Positions 26,001 to 38,238 of a stretch of 64,000 nt of DNA are shown piece after piece. The stretch comes from Thalia democratica (taxonomy: Eukaryota). The notes beneath the pieces are model-generated. The model was not told the origin of the DNA. It was given only the letters and a program-made list of their open reading frames with translations, and made no database searches. The stretch's first letter is position 1. Every line of letters starts with the position of its first letter. The position numbers and the translations under genes were made by a program. The stretch lies in NCBI GenBank assembly GCA_965202585.1, contig OZ241834.1, forward strand, positions 682,001 to 746,000. The letters run 5' to 3'.

Positions 26001-27876
26001 TATTTTGCTGAAAATAGAACGTAATTAAGAATAAGCAGTTTGTTTGAAACCAGCATTTCTAAAATCTATTGAATATTCTTAAATTAGACTTATGTGTCGT
26101 ACTTAACTTCAATATTTTAAATATCTTTTACTTTTTTAAGACAGTAAGAAAACTGCTGTATTACCTTTGATTTATAACTAGTTTCAAAGTTATTTTTACT
26201 ACATTTTTGCAGTTTATAATTTTTACACAAGATTTAAAGACGTAAGCATCTTAAAGAACCACCTTTGTAGTAAAAATAAATCTTTTACAGATTATTTTCT
26301 TCAGTGCGTATTAAGGTGATTAAGAAATACAATGAATTACTTGATATAAATAAAACTATTAATTAACAATAAAGCTGTATAGATCTAAGCCAAATAGTAA
26401 AGATGTTAGTAATTAACATTGAGTTTTTTTTTGGATATAATTTACTTTTGTTTAAAGCTACTCCCAGAATAAATCAGAACCTAAAGTAAGCTAACTTTCA
26501 ATGAATGTGAACAAGGTTTGGATGCAGTATTTTCTATTTACTTATTAACAAAGAGTCATATTTAGGTTATAAATTGAAATAATTCACTTCAGTTTATAAT
26601 TAAACTTGATTCTAATGTAACCTAACTGTTAATGTTTATATGGACGTGATAAACAAAGTTTTGATGCAACATTGACTGATGAAACACACTTAAAGTTGTA
26701 ATTTTGTTTCAAACGTGTAGTGTAGCTATGTTAAAATAAATAAATTAAATTGAAATAAAAAACTTTCAAAATCTTGTTTTATAAAACTAGTTTGAAAACA
26801 TGTTACTTAAATATTTCAGTTTTTATACTAGTTGAAATTTTCGGTAACAAAACTTCCTTACTAAAGAACTTTTGATTAAAATGTAACATTAACAAAACAA
26901 CTTTATAAAAAATTATCATAAGTTGTTACTGACATCTTTCTAAGTTTTTATTAACTACCATATATTAAGTGTTTTTATAGAAGTTTATTGAAGGACTAAA
27001 AGCTTATCACTTTTAGAAGTTATCTTAGAAATTATAGCGTTAGACTAAACAAATTCTAAAGTTGCTTCACAATCAAACATCAATAAAATTAAAAAGACTA
27101 CTAAACAATACAAACTTTCTTTAAATAATTTTGTATATTTACAACTATCTTTTCAATGAAGTCATCCTCGGCCAGTACGACTGTACTGTGAGAAACACGT
27201 TTTAATTTAAAAGTTGAAAACTGTTGTTATTTATACTAAAACTAAGTTATACTAAGTTGATTTTAAATAAAAAAAGTTTATAAAGTCATGTTTGACATAT
27301 TGAAGCTGTTCAAGGTCAAATTTTAAATGTAATACTTTTATAAGTAATTTTACTCGATGAAAACATAAAGTTTCGACATATTCAAATTTATGTTGTGTAT
27401 ACTTACTTAAGTCGATTTTTTTTTCTTTTTATGTTTTGTAATAAAAAATAATTGTAAATATTTTTATCGATAATGCTTTCTTTCAATAAACTTGCTAACA
27501 TCGAAATAAAACGTTTCATAATTTAATCTTATAACATATCATAAATACAAATATAAGCTACATTAAGTACTATATATATGCTTACATTTTTGTTATAAAA
27601 ACTTAATATATAAAATACTTAAACTACAAGTTTTCAATATACCAAATGTTTATTATTGAACATAAAAGTATGTACAAATGAAATGAATATGTTATTTTCG
27701 AAAACATGTTTTGTTTTTAGTTACACAATAATGTATAGTAGGGTCGTAAAGTCAACTGTAGTTAACTTATATAAACTTTAAATTTTTAAAAAATTAACTA
27801 AAGACAAGAGTATAAAACTTAAAAATTTATTTAAGTTGGCTTGTTCAACTCGAAGTTTATATATCCGACAACAATT

Positions 27877-28204
27877 TTAGTAAAACATTAAGGTTGTAAA
27901 GTGTTCCACAATATCAAAAGTAAATTTTCTTTTTAATTTCGCAAAACCATGGAAATCAGCTTGCCAATTTAATCTTGTGCAAGAAACGTCGTTCAGCGCT
28001 TTATTATTTGTTCCGCTTACTATTTGTTTCGGCATGTAATGAACGCATTCCCCGTCAAAACTCGGTTGGTTACCATGGAAATCGTACAAAAGGGAGTTAC
28101 CCCAATCAACAGTTTCCCCGTTCAGATACTTGTAAACTCTCTGGTTGCCACGGATACCAACCCACATGTTTTTTCCTGACGATTCCACCAACTTCCTGAT
28201 CTCT
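27877..28204 (-). CDS. Collectin-like gene, coding exon 4: C-terminal part of the C-type lectin domain, with a probable frameshift near its end
   Basis: Acceptor ctttcaatcag|A, phase 2. Translates EIRKLVESSGKNMWVGIRG...WGNSLLYDFHGNQPSFDGECVHY...LNDVSCTRLNWQADFHGF. The expected terminal CEIKKKIYF* is in another frame (27943-27914). Confidence 0.85.
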
Positions 28205-29140
28205 CTGATTGAAAGTTTTTTTTTAATATAGCAACCACTGCTAAATGTTTATTAAGTTATATAAGTTTATACAAAGTTAAAAATTTAATTTCTAAATTTT
28301 ATATCAAACAACGTTAACTCTAATAAAAGTTAAATGGTTTATGTTTTATTTTAATTTCTAATTTGTTTACTGATTTTTATGCTTTCATTCTTTTTTTTTT
28401 CTGTTAAGCCAACTTTTATAATTTTAGAACATTTGATTAACGGTAAAAAGTTTTCGTTGTAGTTAAAATATGTAAGTCTACCTTCTTAAATAAGCTTAAA
28501 TCGCACAATATTTTAATTCATTTTTAAATTTTGTTAAAAAAATCAGTAAAGTTTCGATTTTAGTAGAGTAATTTAATGAACAAACTAATATAAACTTTAA
28601 ACATAGATTAGTTTAGTACTAATCTTAAGCTGGAATACTTGTTGGATTATATTGTCTTAATGAAATTTTAAACATTATTATATTCTATTAATTGAAGAAT
28701 TCTAAACATTATTATATTCTATTAATTGAAGAACTACAAGTTTGTTAGTTACTTCAACAAAAATCCTTTATGTAGTATATTTCATGATAAACTTTAATAT
28801 TTTTTATATTCGTTATTGAAAGTTTGTTTGATATGAAAGTTTTAACTTTTTAATTCATTGGAACAATTTGTTTTTTTTTCTAACAGCTAAAACATAATCT
28901 TTTTTTTTTAAACAATGATTTATAATTTTGAATACTTGTTAAATACCATAGTTTTGTGAAGTTTTACACAATTAAGTTACAAAAAAGTTTTAAGTTATAA
29001 ACAGTTTTCATCGTCACGCAAAGTTTCACACTATAAGTAACAATAATTTAAAAACTTTTTATTGAATAAAAAACTGTCAATAATCATAATTTTGCCAAAA
29101 ATATTATTTTATTGCATTTATAATTATCAAAATAACCAAC

Positions 29141-29267
29141 GAATGATAATAAGCTCCTTCAACACCAAAGTTCAAATAAATTAGATCACCTCCCATTGAT
29201 CTACATTGGTCTCTACAGGCATCAAAAGTTCCTCTGTTAGCTGTTATCTTGAACTCATACCCAAATA
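29141..29267 (-). CDS. Collectin-like gene, coding exon 3: N-terminal part of the C-type lectin domain
   Basis: Acceptor aacag|TA and donor TC|gttggt; 127 nt, phase 1 to 2. Translates (L)FGYEFKITANRGTFDACRDQCRSMGGDLIYLNFGVEGAYYH(S). Confidence 0.85.
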
Positions 29268-29444
29268 CTGTTCAATGTTCAACATTTAAAAATTCAATTA
29301 TAAAGTATTCAAAGCTGTTGGAAAATTTTTTTGTTAATTAAAACAAAAGGAAAGCTCAAACCCTCAAATTGAAACTTATTTATGTGTTTTATAATTTTAC
29401 AACTAACATAATAAAGAACATGGTTATTATTATATACCACTAAC

Positions 29445-29585
29445 GTGTTTTATTCAATGTGTTTACAATATTTCCAACAGTTTGTTCTAACACTAAAACT
29501 TTTTCTTTTAAAAGTTTATTTTCAACAGTGAGCTCATCAATTTGGTTTGTTACGTCACAATCAACTCCAGGCTCTCCTTTGTCAC
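29445..29585 (-). CDS. Collectin-like gene, coding exon 2: end of the collagen segment plus coiled-coil neck
   Basis: Acceptor ctaacttcag|GT and donor C|gttagt; 141 nt, phase 1 to 1. Translates (G)DKGEPGVDCDVTNQIDELTVENKLLKEKVLVLEQTVGNIVNTLNKT. Confidence 0.88.
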
Positions 29586-30128
29586 CTGAAGTTAGTATAG
29601 AGAAATATTAAGTTTTTAAATATTGATAAAATTAGATAGAATAAATTTTCAATAATCTTTAAAGTTGTTGTTTTTTATTAAACCTTCTTACTTTTTTTTC
29701 TTAGTTACTGTTACAAAAGTATTAAATAATGTCGAGCTACCAAACCTTTTTGTAATTTTTATTAGATTCAATTCGATGTAATTTAAATAATTTAAGTTTT
29801 GAAATCAATTTTTGTATACTAATATTATTTATTGATTTTATATTAGAAAAAAGTTTAATGTAAATTTTACTTATAAATTTTACGAAAATAGTTGTTAGAG
29901 TTTTTTCGAAAATATCATTTAAATTTAAAAGTACAATATAGGCTAAGCCTAAAGATAAACAAGTAGCACAAAAAAGGTTTAAAACTTTTTTTTAAATTAC
30001 GTAACAAAAAACGTAAATATAAAACTAAATGATTTGACTTTAAAAACCTATGTTGAGCTGAAAATAAAAATTTTAAATCTTAATTGTTAAACTCTAATTA
30101 AATTTACTGTTTAATACAAACTAATCAC

Positions 30129-30300
30129 CTTTAGGGCCCTGTTTACCCCTTTTCAAAGTTGGACCACTAATTGGCTGATTTTGACCATTACAAACCAAGT
30201 TTGCCACCTGTGTAAGAATGTCTTCATTTTGGTAACTATTTTCATCAGTTGATTGAACTCGACCGGTTGTTAAAATAAATATTACAAGCAATTCCTTCAT
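30129..30300 (-). CDS. Collectin-like gene, coding exon 1: signal peptide, N-terminal segment and start of collagen
   Basis: Start context acaATG; translates MKELLVIFILTTGRVQSTDENSYQNEDILTQVANLVCNGQNQPISGPTLKRGKQGPK; donor G|gtgatt; 172 nt. An acceptor tttag at 30313-30314 implies an upstream UTR exon. The four exons sum to 768 nt = 256 codons in one frame. Confidence 0.87.
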
Positions 30301-32750
30301 TGTTGAATAAACCTAAAGTAACTTTATTTCTAGTTATGAAAGGAAAACTTTTAAAGGTTTTTAACACTAAGTTTTTAAAAATTTTAGTGATAATTTATAA
30401 AACTAAAATTGTATCGTATTTTGTTTTTTGCTTTTTATCAAAAGAAGTTTTGTACATCTACAAAAAGAAGTTAAAAAAAAAGCTCTCTTCCAAATGCATT
30501 TATGCATAAAAAAAAGCCTTAATTTTATTTATTATTAAAAACTTTCAAATTAATATATGTACATAACAATGTTTAATGTCAATTTGCGAGTAGCATCTGT
30601 TTAAAATCAAATTTTAAAAACTTTGCTTTTAAAACAAACAACATACTTCAACACACTTAAAGTTAAGTTTTCTAACTTCAGTCAAAACTTTTTTTTTTAA
30701 TTTTAAAACTAATGAAAAATACTTAACATTTTTTTTATTTTTATTAGCTGTTAGAAATTTTAAAACAAAGCATTTTAATAATTTGTTTTTGTAAGTTTAT
30801 AACGTACCACATAGCCACTATATTTTTGAAATTTTGTCTTTGTGGAGCTGTTTACATTCTATAAGGAGCAGATTGCCGTCAGGCAAATAAAGTACTTGCA
30901 AAAACAACAGTTTTGATGGTTTTATTTGTTTGAATTTCTAGGATATAATTCTTAATAAATTAGGTATGTAACATATCAAATGTTTAATTTATCAAAAGTA
31001 TTAAGGAATATTTTATTTTTGATTGCTGTACAAATTAAGAACTATATTTTTCGTTTTAAAACACAGCTAATAAAAAACTTGGCAGTCAACTGATATGAAA
31101 AACTTCTTAAAAAAATTGCATACTTTTATAAAATGTACTTGAATTGATGACAAATTTACATTTTATAAAAATTACTAATATATTTTTGAGTGTCTTAAAA
31201 AAGTAAAAGATATTTAAAATATTGAAGTTAAGTACGACACATAAGTCTAGTTTAAGAATATTCAATAGATTTTAGAAATAATGGTTTCAAACAAACTGCT
31301 TATTCTTAATTACGTTCTATTTTCAGCAAAATAAATAAATCTCTATATTAAGAGATATTTAAACTAGTGTTCTAAGAAGTAAATTTATAAATAGTAGATA
31401 CTGTACGAAAAAAAAAACTTAATAACCATCAGAAAAGTTCGAGATTGTCAAACAAAGTATGAAATACTTCTGGATTCAACGTTAACTCGTCAGGGAAAAA
31501 AGTTCCTAAACAGCTTTATTGCAATTAAAAGTTCATGCCTGTATAATTTTATTAAATAATTAATTTTAAAAGTACTAGGCACATTTTAGTTTGTTTGTTA
31601 TTGTATAACTCATAACCAAGAAGTAGTTTCATTGTTTTTGCTAAAATAATTATTACTTTATGAAGTACATAAAATAAAGGAAAATTTATTGAAACGTTCA
31701 ACTAATTGATTTAAACAATAAAATACTAGACAGCAGCAACTTTAACTTACAATTGATTTGAAAAAGTTTACTTAAATGTCTTACTTTACTAAATCTGTAA
31801 ACTTTATTAAAAAACACCGACGAAAGTCGAACAGTATTTGATATCATTATATTGATTTTAGTTTATTTGAATTGAAACTAGTGAGCCTGAAAAAAACGAC
31901 TCATGATAGCTTTTATACGGGAAAGTACGTAATATAAACATATTGAGAAGAATTTCCAGCACAAGTTCAACTGGTCATTATAAACGTCCTTATGACCAAC
32001 ATCATTCTTTTGACACTTTTAAAATGAGAAAGACTTTATTCTTAAAACTGGTCTAATACCTCAAAATACTTTTTTTAAGTATTAACTTGATCAATATACT
32101 TTTACAACATTAACATCAAAAAAACTTGGTTATAGGAAAAAATAATGCAATGTATTAATAAAGTAAAAAATAATCTGTAATTACTTTACATGAATTATAA
32201 ATGATCTTTAACTAAAACTTTTAAATATTAAATTATATCTTGGATAAACATTTCTAAAACTGTCAAGCAAATTATCTAAATGATACAGTAGCTTTTCAAA
32301 ATACTTTTTTTTAAGTGCATAATTTAAGCTGGTATTTTTTAAAATAAAATCTAGATTAAGAAAAATTAAGATACATCACTTTTATAACTTCTTTACAACA
32401 TATACTTAAAGTGCTACTAAATTTTTTTTTTCTGGTAACTTCATATCAAAATTTTTAATATAAAGTTTTGGTCATAACATTTGGACGTTCAAACCACAAG
32501 CTTTCGGTTGTGGTTTGAATTTAAATAAAAACAAAATCGGGGTCTCATTCTACCGAAAGCTTGTGGTCTGACAATCTACTTGGCATTATCAACCCTTTTG
32601 TTAAACTTGATGTTGTCTCACGGCACACGAAAGTCCTTCAGCTCTGTTCGACTTTCGTCGGTGTTTTTTAATAAAGTTTACAGATTTAGTAAAGTAAGAC
32701 ATTTAAGTAAACTTTTTCAAATCTATTTTAAACGTTATTTTTATTAACAG

Positions 32751-35425
32751 TGTAATGAAACTAACATTTCATTTTAGTATTTTAAAGCTTGTGAATAAAT
32801 ATGGAATTTTTTGTAAAAATAAAAGCTTTTCCAAAACATTTTTCATTATTTTCAAAACAAGCTTTTCCAAAACAATTTTTATAACTCTTAAAACAATTTT
32901 CTAAAACAATAAACAATATTGTTTACTTAAAGGAGTTACATTTGTTTTAGTGCTTATAAAACGGAATTTTACTTGCAATTACTTGCAGTAGCAGTTTCGG
33001 CAGAGCATTCGGCAAGTGTGCTTTAAGTTAAAATGCATTTTAAACACGTTAGATTTAAGAACTAATATTTTCTTGTGTGTTTAACTTTAGTTCTCATATA
33101 GAGTGATGTAATTGTATCTTTGTGTTGTTTAGTTTATGTAAATAAAATATAAGTGTTGTTTTGATTGTTGTATTAATCTACTTTACTAATCCCTATTACC
33201 CCCGTAAACATCTGTGTAACGAGACATTGGAAACCATGTGTGGCCTGTATTTTAGGAATCTTCTGATATTTAGGAATTAGGTGCCTTATCAATTAAAAAA
33301 CGCAGCGAAAAAAAAAACTTTAGTTTATTACTAAACAACTTTTTAACGAGTTTAAAATTTTGACAGTATAATTTGCGATAATAATTTACTTTGCGACATT
33401 TCACTATGATAATAGTAAGAAAAATTGTGTGAATAACATTCTACTTTTAAACAGCAAGTCTACAATTATAATACAAGTGTGTGGTAGTGGTTTATTTAGT
33501 TTTGTTAAAAGTGAAGCTTGATGTCAAGGATTTTTTGCTGGAAGTACTATATAATTTTTGCGGTTATTTCTATGTATAGTTTTATATATGTTTTTTTAGT
33601 GCTTAGGTGCACATTTTATGTGCTAACGAGCGTAATATTTCTTCTTCTTAGTGCACAATATAAGTTGCAACTAACATAAGTCGCATGGGTGCGCAGTTTT
33701 TCGATCCTAAAAAGCTTAATCTTTTTAGCTAAGGGTATAATATAAGTTGCAATTAACATAAGTCGCATAGGGGCGCAGTATTTTGATTATAAAAAGCACA
33801 GTCTTTTTACTCTAGTGCACAATGTTCTTTGAAGATGTTACAATTTACATAAGTCGTCAGGGGACGCAGTACTTTAGTGCAAAATTGCATTTTATAAGTT
33901 GCCAAGAGAGCGCAGTTATTATATTTTTCTAAGCATAGAAATGTAAAGTAAGAACCGCAATAAAATTTAGAATTACAACAGCAGAATAGTTGTTCTTAAT
34001 AACGTCTGAGTTTTAGCTAATAAAACAAATTTGTCTATTTGTTTACTACTACTAGTTTATTGTTTTGATCTGCTGATTGATTGTACTAAAGTATAGATTG
34101 TATTTGTTTTAAATCAGAATGTTTCTGAAGTTTAAAAGTATATTTGAATGAGTTTTCATCTTTCTTAGTCGTAAAAAGATAAGTTTCTTGCTACATTTTA
34201 TTACTCGTTTCAAGTTCAAGTATAAAGTTGTGTTAAAATTTTTCCTTTGAAAGAAATCAAAAATAAACTCCCCTTAAATTTAGCAGTCGTTGTTTGTTAA
34301 ATAAATTGTTGCGTTTATATCTTTTTAACGTTGTTTGAAGCAAATTGTTGTTTGATAACCACAACTTTTAAGCACACCTAACACCTTGCTGCTGCATGAA
34401 ACTTTAAAACTTTTTTTGTTTATAAGTACGACAATAAACAAAAGATTGAATGAAGATTTTGTGTTTGTTCTATTACGTCACAATCAAGTTCCTGCTGTCA
34501 TTGTTTCCAAAGCCAATCGATGTGGTGTTTTGCTGATTCAACAAACCAGCTAGAAGACAGAAAGTCAAATGTTCCCTAAAAGAAACAAGACGTTGTCAAT
34601 GATCCAATTGATGGTTCATAAGCCTCTATTAACAACCTGAGGATAACAACCTGAGGATAACAGCCCGACGACAAGCCCGAGGACAACAAGCCCAAGGACA
34701 AGAACTTCGAGGACAACAAGCCAGAAGCCAACTAAATGACTATCATTGTTATCTTGTTGTGTTTTATCAAAGTTTTTGTAAATTATGTAATTTTTAAGAT
34801 AATAAGAAATACAATTTCTTTTTCTTACTTTTTTTAAACCGGACTTTTGATAATGTCTAAAAAGTTTAAAGTTAAGTAGGATTTTAAGGATTTAAATTAT
34901 TTAAAACCAGGCTTTAAACGTTAAAATTGAAAATTAAAAAAGAAACAATGTAATGAAACTAACATTTCATTTTAGTATTTTAAAGCTTGTGAATAAATAT
35001 GGAATTTTTTGTAAAAATAAAAGCTTTTCCAAAACATTTTTCATTATTTTCAAAACAAGCTTTTCCAAAACAATTTTTATAACTCTTAAAACAATTTTCT
35101 AAAACAATAAACAATATTGTTTACTTAAAGGAGTTACATTTGTTTTAGTGCTTATAAAACGGAATTTTACTTGCAATTACTTGCAGTAGCAGTTTCGGCA
35201 GAGCATTCGGCAAGTGTGCTTAAAGTTAAGATGCATTTTAAACAAGTTAGATTTAAGAACTAATATTTTCATGTATGTTTAACTTTAGTTCTCGTATAGA
35301 GTGATGTAATTGTAATTGTGTTGTTTAGTTTATGTAAATAAAATATAAGTGTTGTTTTGATTGTTGTACTAATCTACTTTACTAATCCCTATTACCCCCC
35401 TTAATAACATCTTTGTAACGAGACA
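32751..35425 (+). mobile_element. Non-autonomous LTR retroelement (2.7 kb, two ~476-bp LTRs, non-coding interior); right arm only
   Basis: Direct repeats 32751-33226 and 34949-35425, each TGTAATG...GAGACA (TG...CA). 4-bp TSD ACAG (32747-32750, 35426-35429). TTGG follows the 5' LTR and an A/G-rich tract precedes the 3' LTR. No gag or pol motifs recognised. Confidence 0.88.
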
Positions 35426-35520
35426 ACAGTTAAAACTGTTTATATTTAAACTGTTCGTTTATGAACAGTATAATATAAAACATGACATGAATTTTTTAAT
35501 TCTAAACAATTAAATTTTAC

Positions 35521-36975
35521 AACATTTAGAGAAGAATAATTTTAAATAACATTTTTATCAACGTTTTTAAATAATTTAGAGAAGAATAATTTTATAAAGC
35601 TAATGAAAATAGCAACGAGTGATGTACAGTTTAATTTCAATAATACAATTTACAGTCAGATAGACGGCGTAGCCATGGGGTCACCTTTGGGTCCTACTCT
35701 AGCGAATATTTTTATCGGATATTTAGAATCCAAAATTGCTGACGACTTATCTTCACAGGTTGTCTACATAAGATACGTCGACGATTGTTTGGTTATATCC
35801 AAAACAGAAAGTTAAAACGAAGCTGTTTTTCAAAAATTAAACTCTTTACATGAAAAGATTTCTTTTACTAGAGAAGTAGAAGAGAACAACCAGCTGCCAT
35901 TTCTGGATATATTAATAATAAAAGATAAAACAAGCTTCTTAACGAATGTCTATAGAAAAACAACTTTCACTGGGCAATACTTACACTACCAATCGTTTTG
36001 TAGTAAGAAACGAAAAGTAAACCTAATCAAAAACTGTACCATAGAGCATACAGAATCTGTTCGAAAGAATTACTTCATTCAGAGGTTAAGAGAATAAAAA
36101 AAATTTTAATAAAAAATGGTTACCCACCAGATTTGATTAAGAAGGTGATAAAATCACACCACAATAACATAAATCAACCTAGGCTATTTGGACCGGAGAA
36201 GTTCCCAGCAATATTAAAACTACCTTATATTGGAGAAAAATCACGAGTATTTGAGAGCAAACTAAAAGACTTAACAAAAACATCTTACAATCAAGTGCTT
36301 CCAAGAGTTATATTTCTTTCAAAATCTTTATTAAAAGTGCAGTTGAAGGACCCGATACCAGACCAAGACAAAAGTTGTGTAGTATACAAGTTTAATTACT
36401 CTTGCGAAAAGAGCTATATCGGTCAGACCTCTAGGCACTTAAAAACCAGGATAAAAGAACATCTACCTGCTTGTGTATTAAAATTCATCGAACATAAACC
36501 TGAAATTAAGACAATAGCAACAAAAAACGCAGCAAAAAGATCTTCAGTTGCAGAACATCTAACAAATAATAGAGATTGTGCTAGGAAATATGACATATCC
36601 AGATTTGGAATAATCAATCATTGCAATAGTGTGTTTGATCTCGTGAAGTTGGAGGCTATCTCTATATTTTTGGAGAAACCAGAACTGTCTAAACAGAAGG
36701 AATTTGATTAAAAAGTGTTACTTATTATTTATTTAGTTAAATTATCTATTTTTTATCCGTTAGTAGTATTTGAGTTTAATTATTTATTACTTTACACTGA
36801 TTATTTATTGTGCTTAACACTTTGTTAGTTTTAACTTTTTGTGTTTTTGTTTAAAAACTTATTCACAGTTTTAAATTTGTTCTACTATTAAGTTCTGACG
36901 AAAAGTAGTGTAATACGTATAAACTATCACAGAAAAAACTTGAGAGAGTGTTTTATTTATTTGTTTTTGCATTAA
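35521..36975 (+). mobile_element. Penelope-like retroelement, 5'-truncated; right arm only
   Basis: Interrupts sequence that is contiguous in the left arm (~24364). Carries Penelope RT and GIY-YIG remnants and a T-rich 3' region. Possible degenerate TSD ATTAAATTTT(T)A. Confidence 0.9.
35576..36711 (+). pseudogene. Penelope RT + GIY-YIG endonuclease ORF remnant (in-frame stop at 35813, frameshifts near 36030-36130)
   Basis: YSQIDGVAMGSPLGPTLANIF, YIRYVDDCL, NNQLPFLDI, VYRKTTFTGQYL and VVYKFNYSCEKSYIGQTSRHLKTRIKEH are diagnostic Penelope RT and GIY-YIG motifs. Confidence 0.95.
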
Positions 36976-38238
36976 ATTAAATTTTTATGTAATACTAAAT
37001 ATAAAGTTGAGAGCATAAACTATCTTAAGATAATAAGGTAAGTAGGAACCTTCTTTTTATTTATTATTTGATAGAAACAACTTTCCAATAGTATCTGAAT
37101 TTGATAAAGCTTTTTTTTTTAACAAGTTTTAACAAGTCCTCTCAAAAAATATTTGATGAAGATGATAAAGACAAAAATTTGAAATATATTTATAAAAACT
37201 GTCTATAAATGCAAAATTTATTTATAAGCATTGATGAAAAAATTCATTCTCTTAATTTTTTGAAAGATGAAATAATAAGGACACCGAAAATGTTCTATAT
37301 ATTTGTTAAGCGCACTATTTATTCTTTCAAGTAATTTTAAATTGTTCTTTGGCTATATACTTTGCGCCAAAACAATGGAAATATCAAACATTATACAAAA
37401 AAGGTAGCAAGTACAACCTTTGAAATTTCGAACTAATCTTTTTGATGAGTAGGTAAGTTTTTTAAGTCACGTGGTAATTTTTTAAACCTTATTTTACCTA
37501 AACAATTTGGTTTTCTTTCTAATAAGTGTACTGAAGTAATTTATACAGAAATCCAAAAATGTTCGACTCTGTCTTTCATTTCAAATTAACAAAAACATTT
37601 TTTGAGTGCAAAATTTATATTAGTCTAGTTAGTTTAAAGGGTTTCTTCATATTATAACCCAAAAAGTAGTAATTAATAACACAATTTAAACCTTTACCGG
37701 TCAAATGGAGTGCCTCAAGAAAGGTATTTAATTGTATGATTGATGTAGCTTCTGAAGTCGATGTAAGCAGCTATACTAATCTCTACTAACGACACAAAAA
37801 AGTTTTAACGATACTAATATAGCCTTAAAAAATTCTTAGATAAAGTTTACCTTTGGCTAAAAGAAGAAAATTTAGCTTAAACTTCTAGTGGCGTAGTAGA
37901 TGTCATGTTTTCAAAAAATACCTTTATCTCTACTTTTGACTTAAAAATAAACTTATCTTTAAAATAAGTGTTTAAAGATTTTTGAATTTTTTTGCTGAAA
38001 ATTTAAAATAGAACCACCATACTAATTAGCTTTACCGATTCATATCGGCTATATGTTTTAAAGTTTTAAATACACGGATATAACATCTTAAAAAAGTTGT
38101 ACTTCTTATAAACTCATCATAAGTTGGAATACAACACACCAGTCTGGTCTCCATACTTTAAAAGATATTATTTATATAGAAATGTTTAAAATTTATATAC
38201 CAGAATAATCTTCAACCGCTGCAATGTTTCTTATACGC

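Larger units (their letters stand above)
18342..26143 (+). repeat. Left arm of a large inverted duplication (core 18342-19225 plus 22490-26143)
   Basis: Reverse complement of 31191-39887. 18361-18420 matches the right arm with 1 mismatch in 60 bp; 25381-25440 matches with 2 mismatches in 60 bp. Collinear apart from insertions and short indels. Confidence 0.95.

Noticed and set aside
28670-28733. 30-bp near-tandem duplication in intron 3 of the lectin gene
   Set aside because: Ordinary local slippage duplication with no sign of function.
30800-30900. Candidate promoter and 5' UTR exon of the lectin gene (TATAGAA, TGTAAACA, donor gtacgt on minus strand)
   Set aside because: Such motifs are too common in AT-rich DNA to call without transcript data.
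34473-34487. 15-bp identity TTACGTCACAATCAA between the LTR interior and collectin exon 2 (29550-29564)
   Set aside because: The match does not extend convincingly, and one such match is expected by chance in this much AT-rich DNA.
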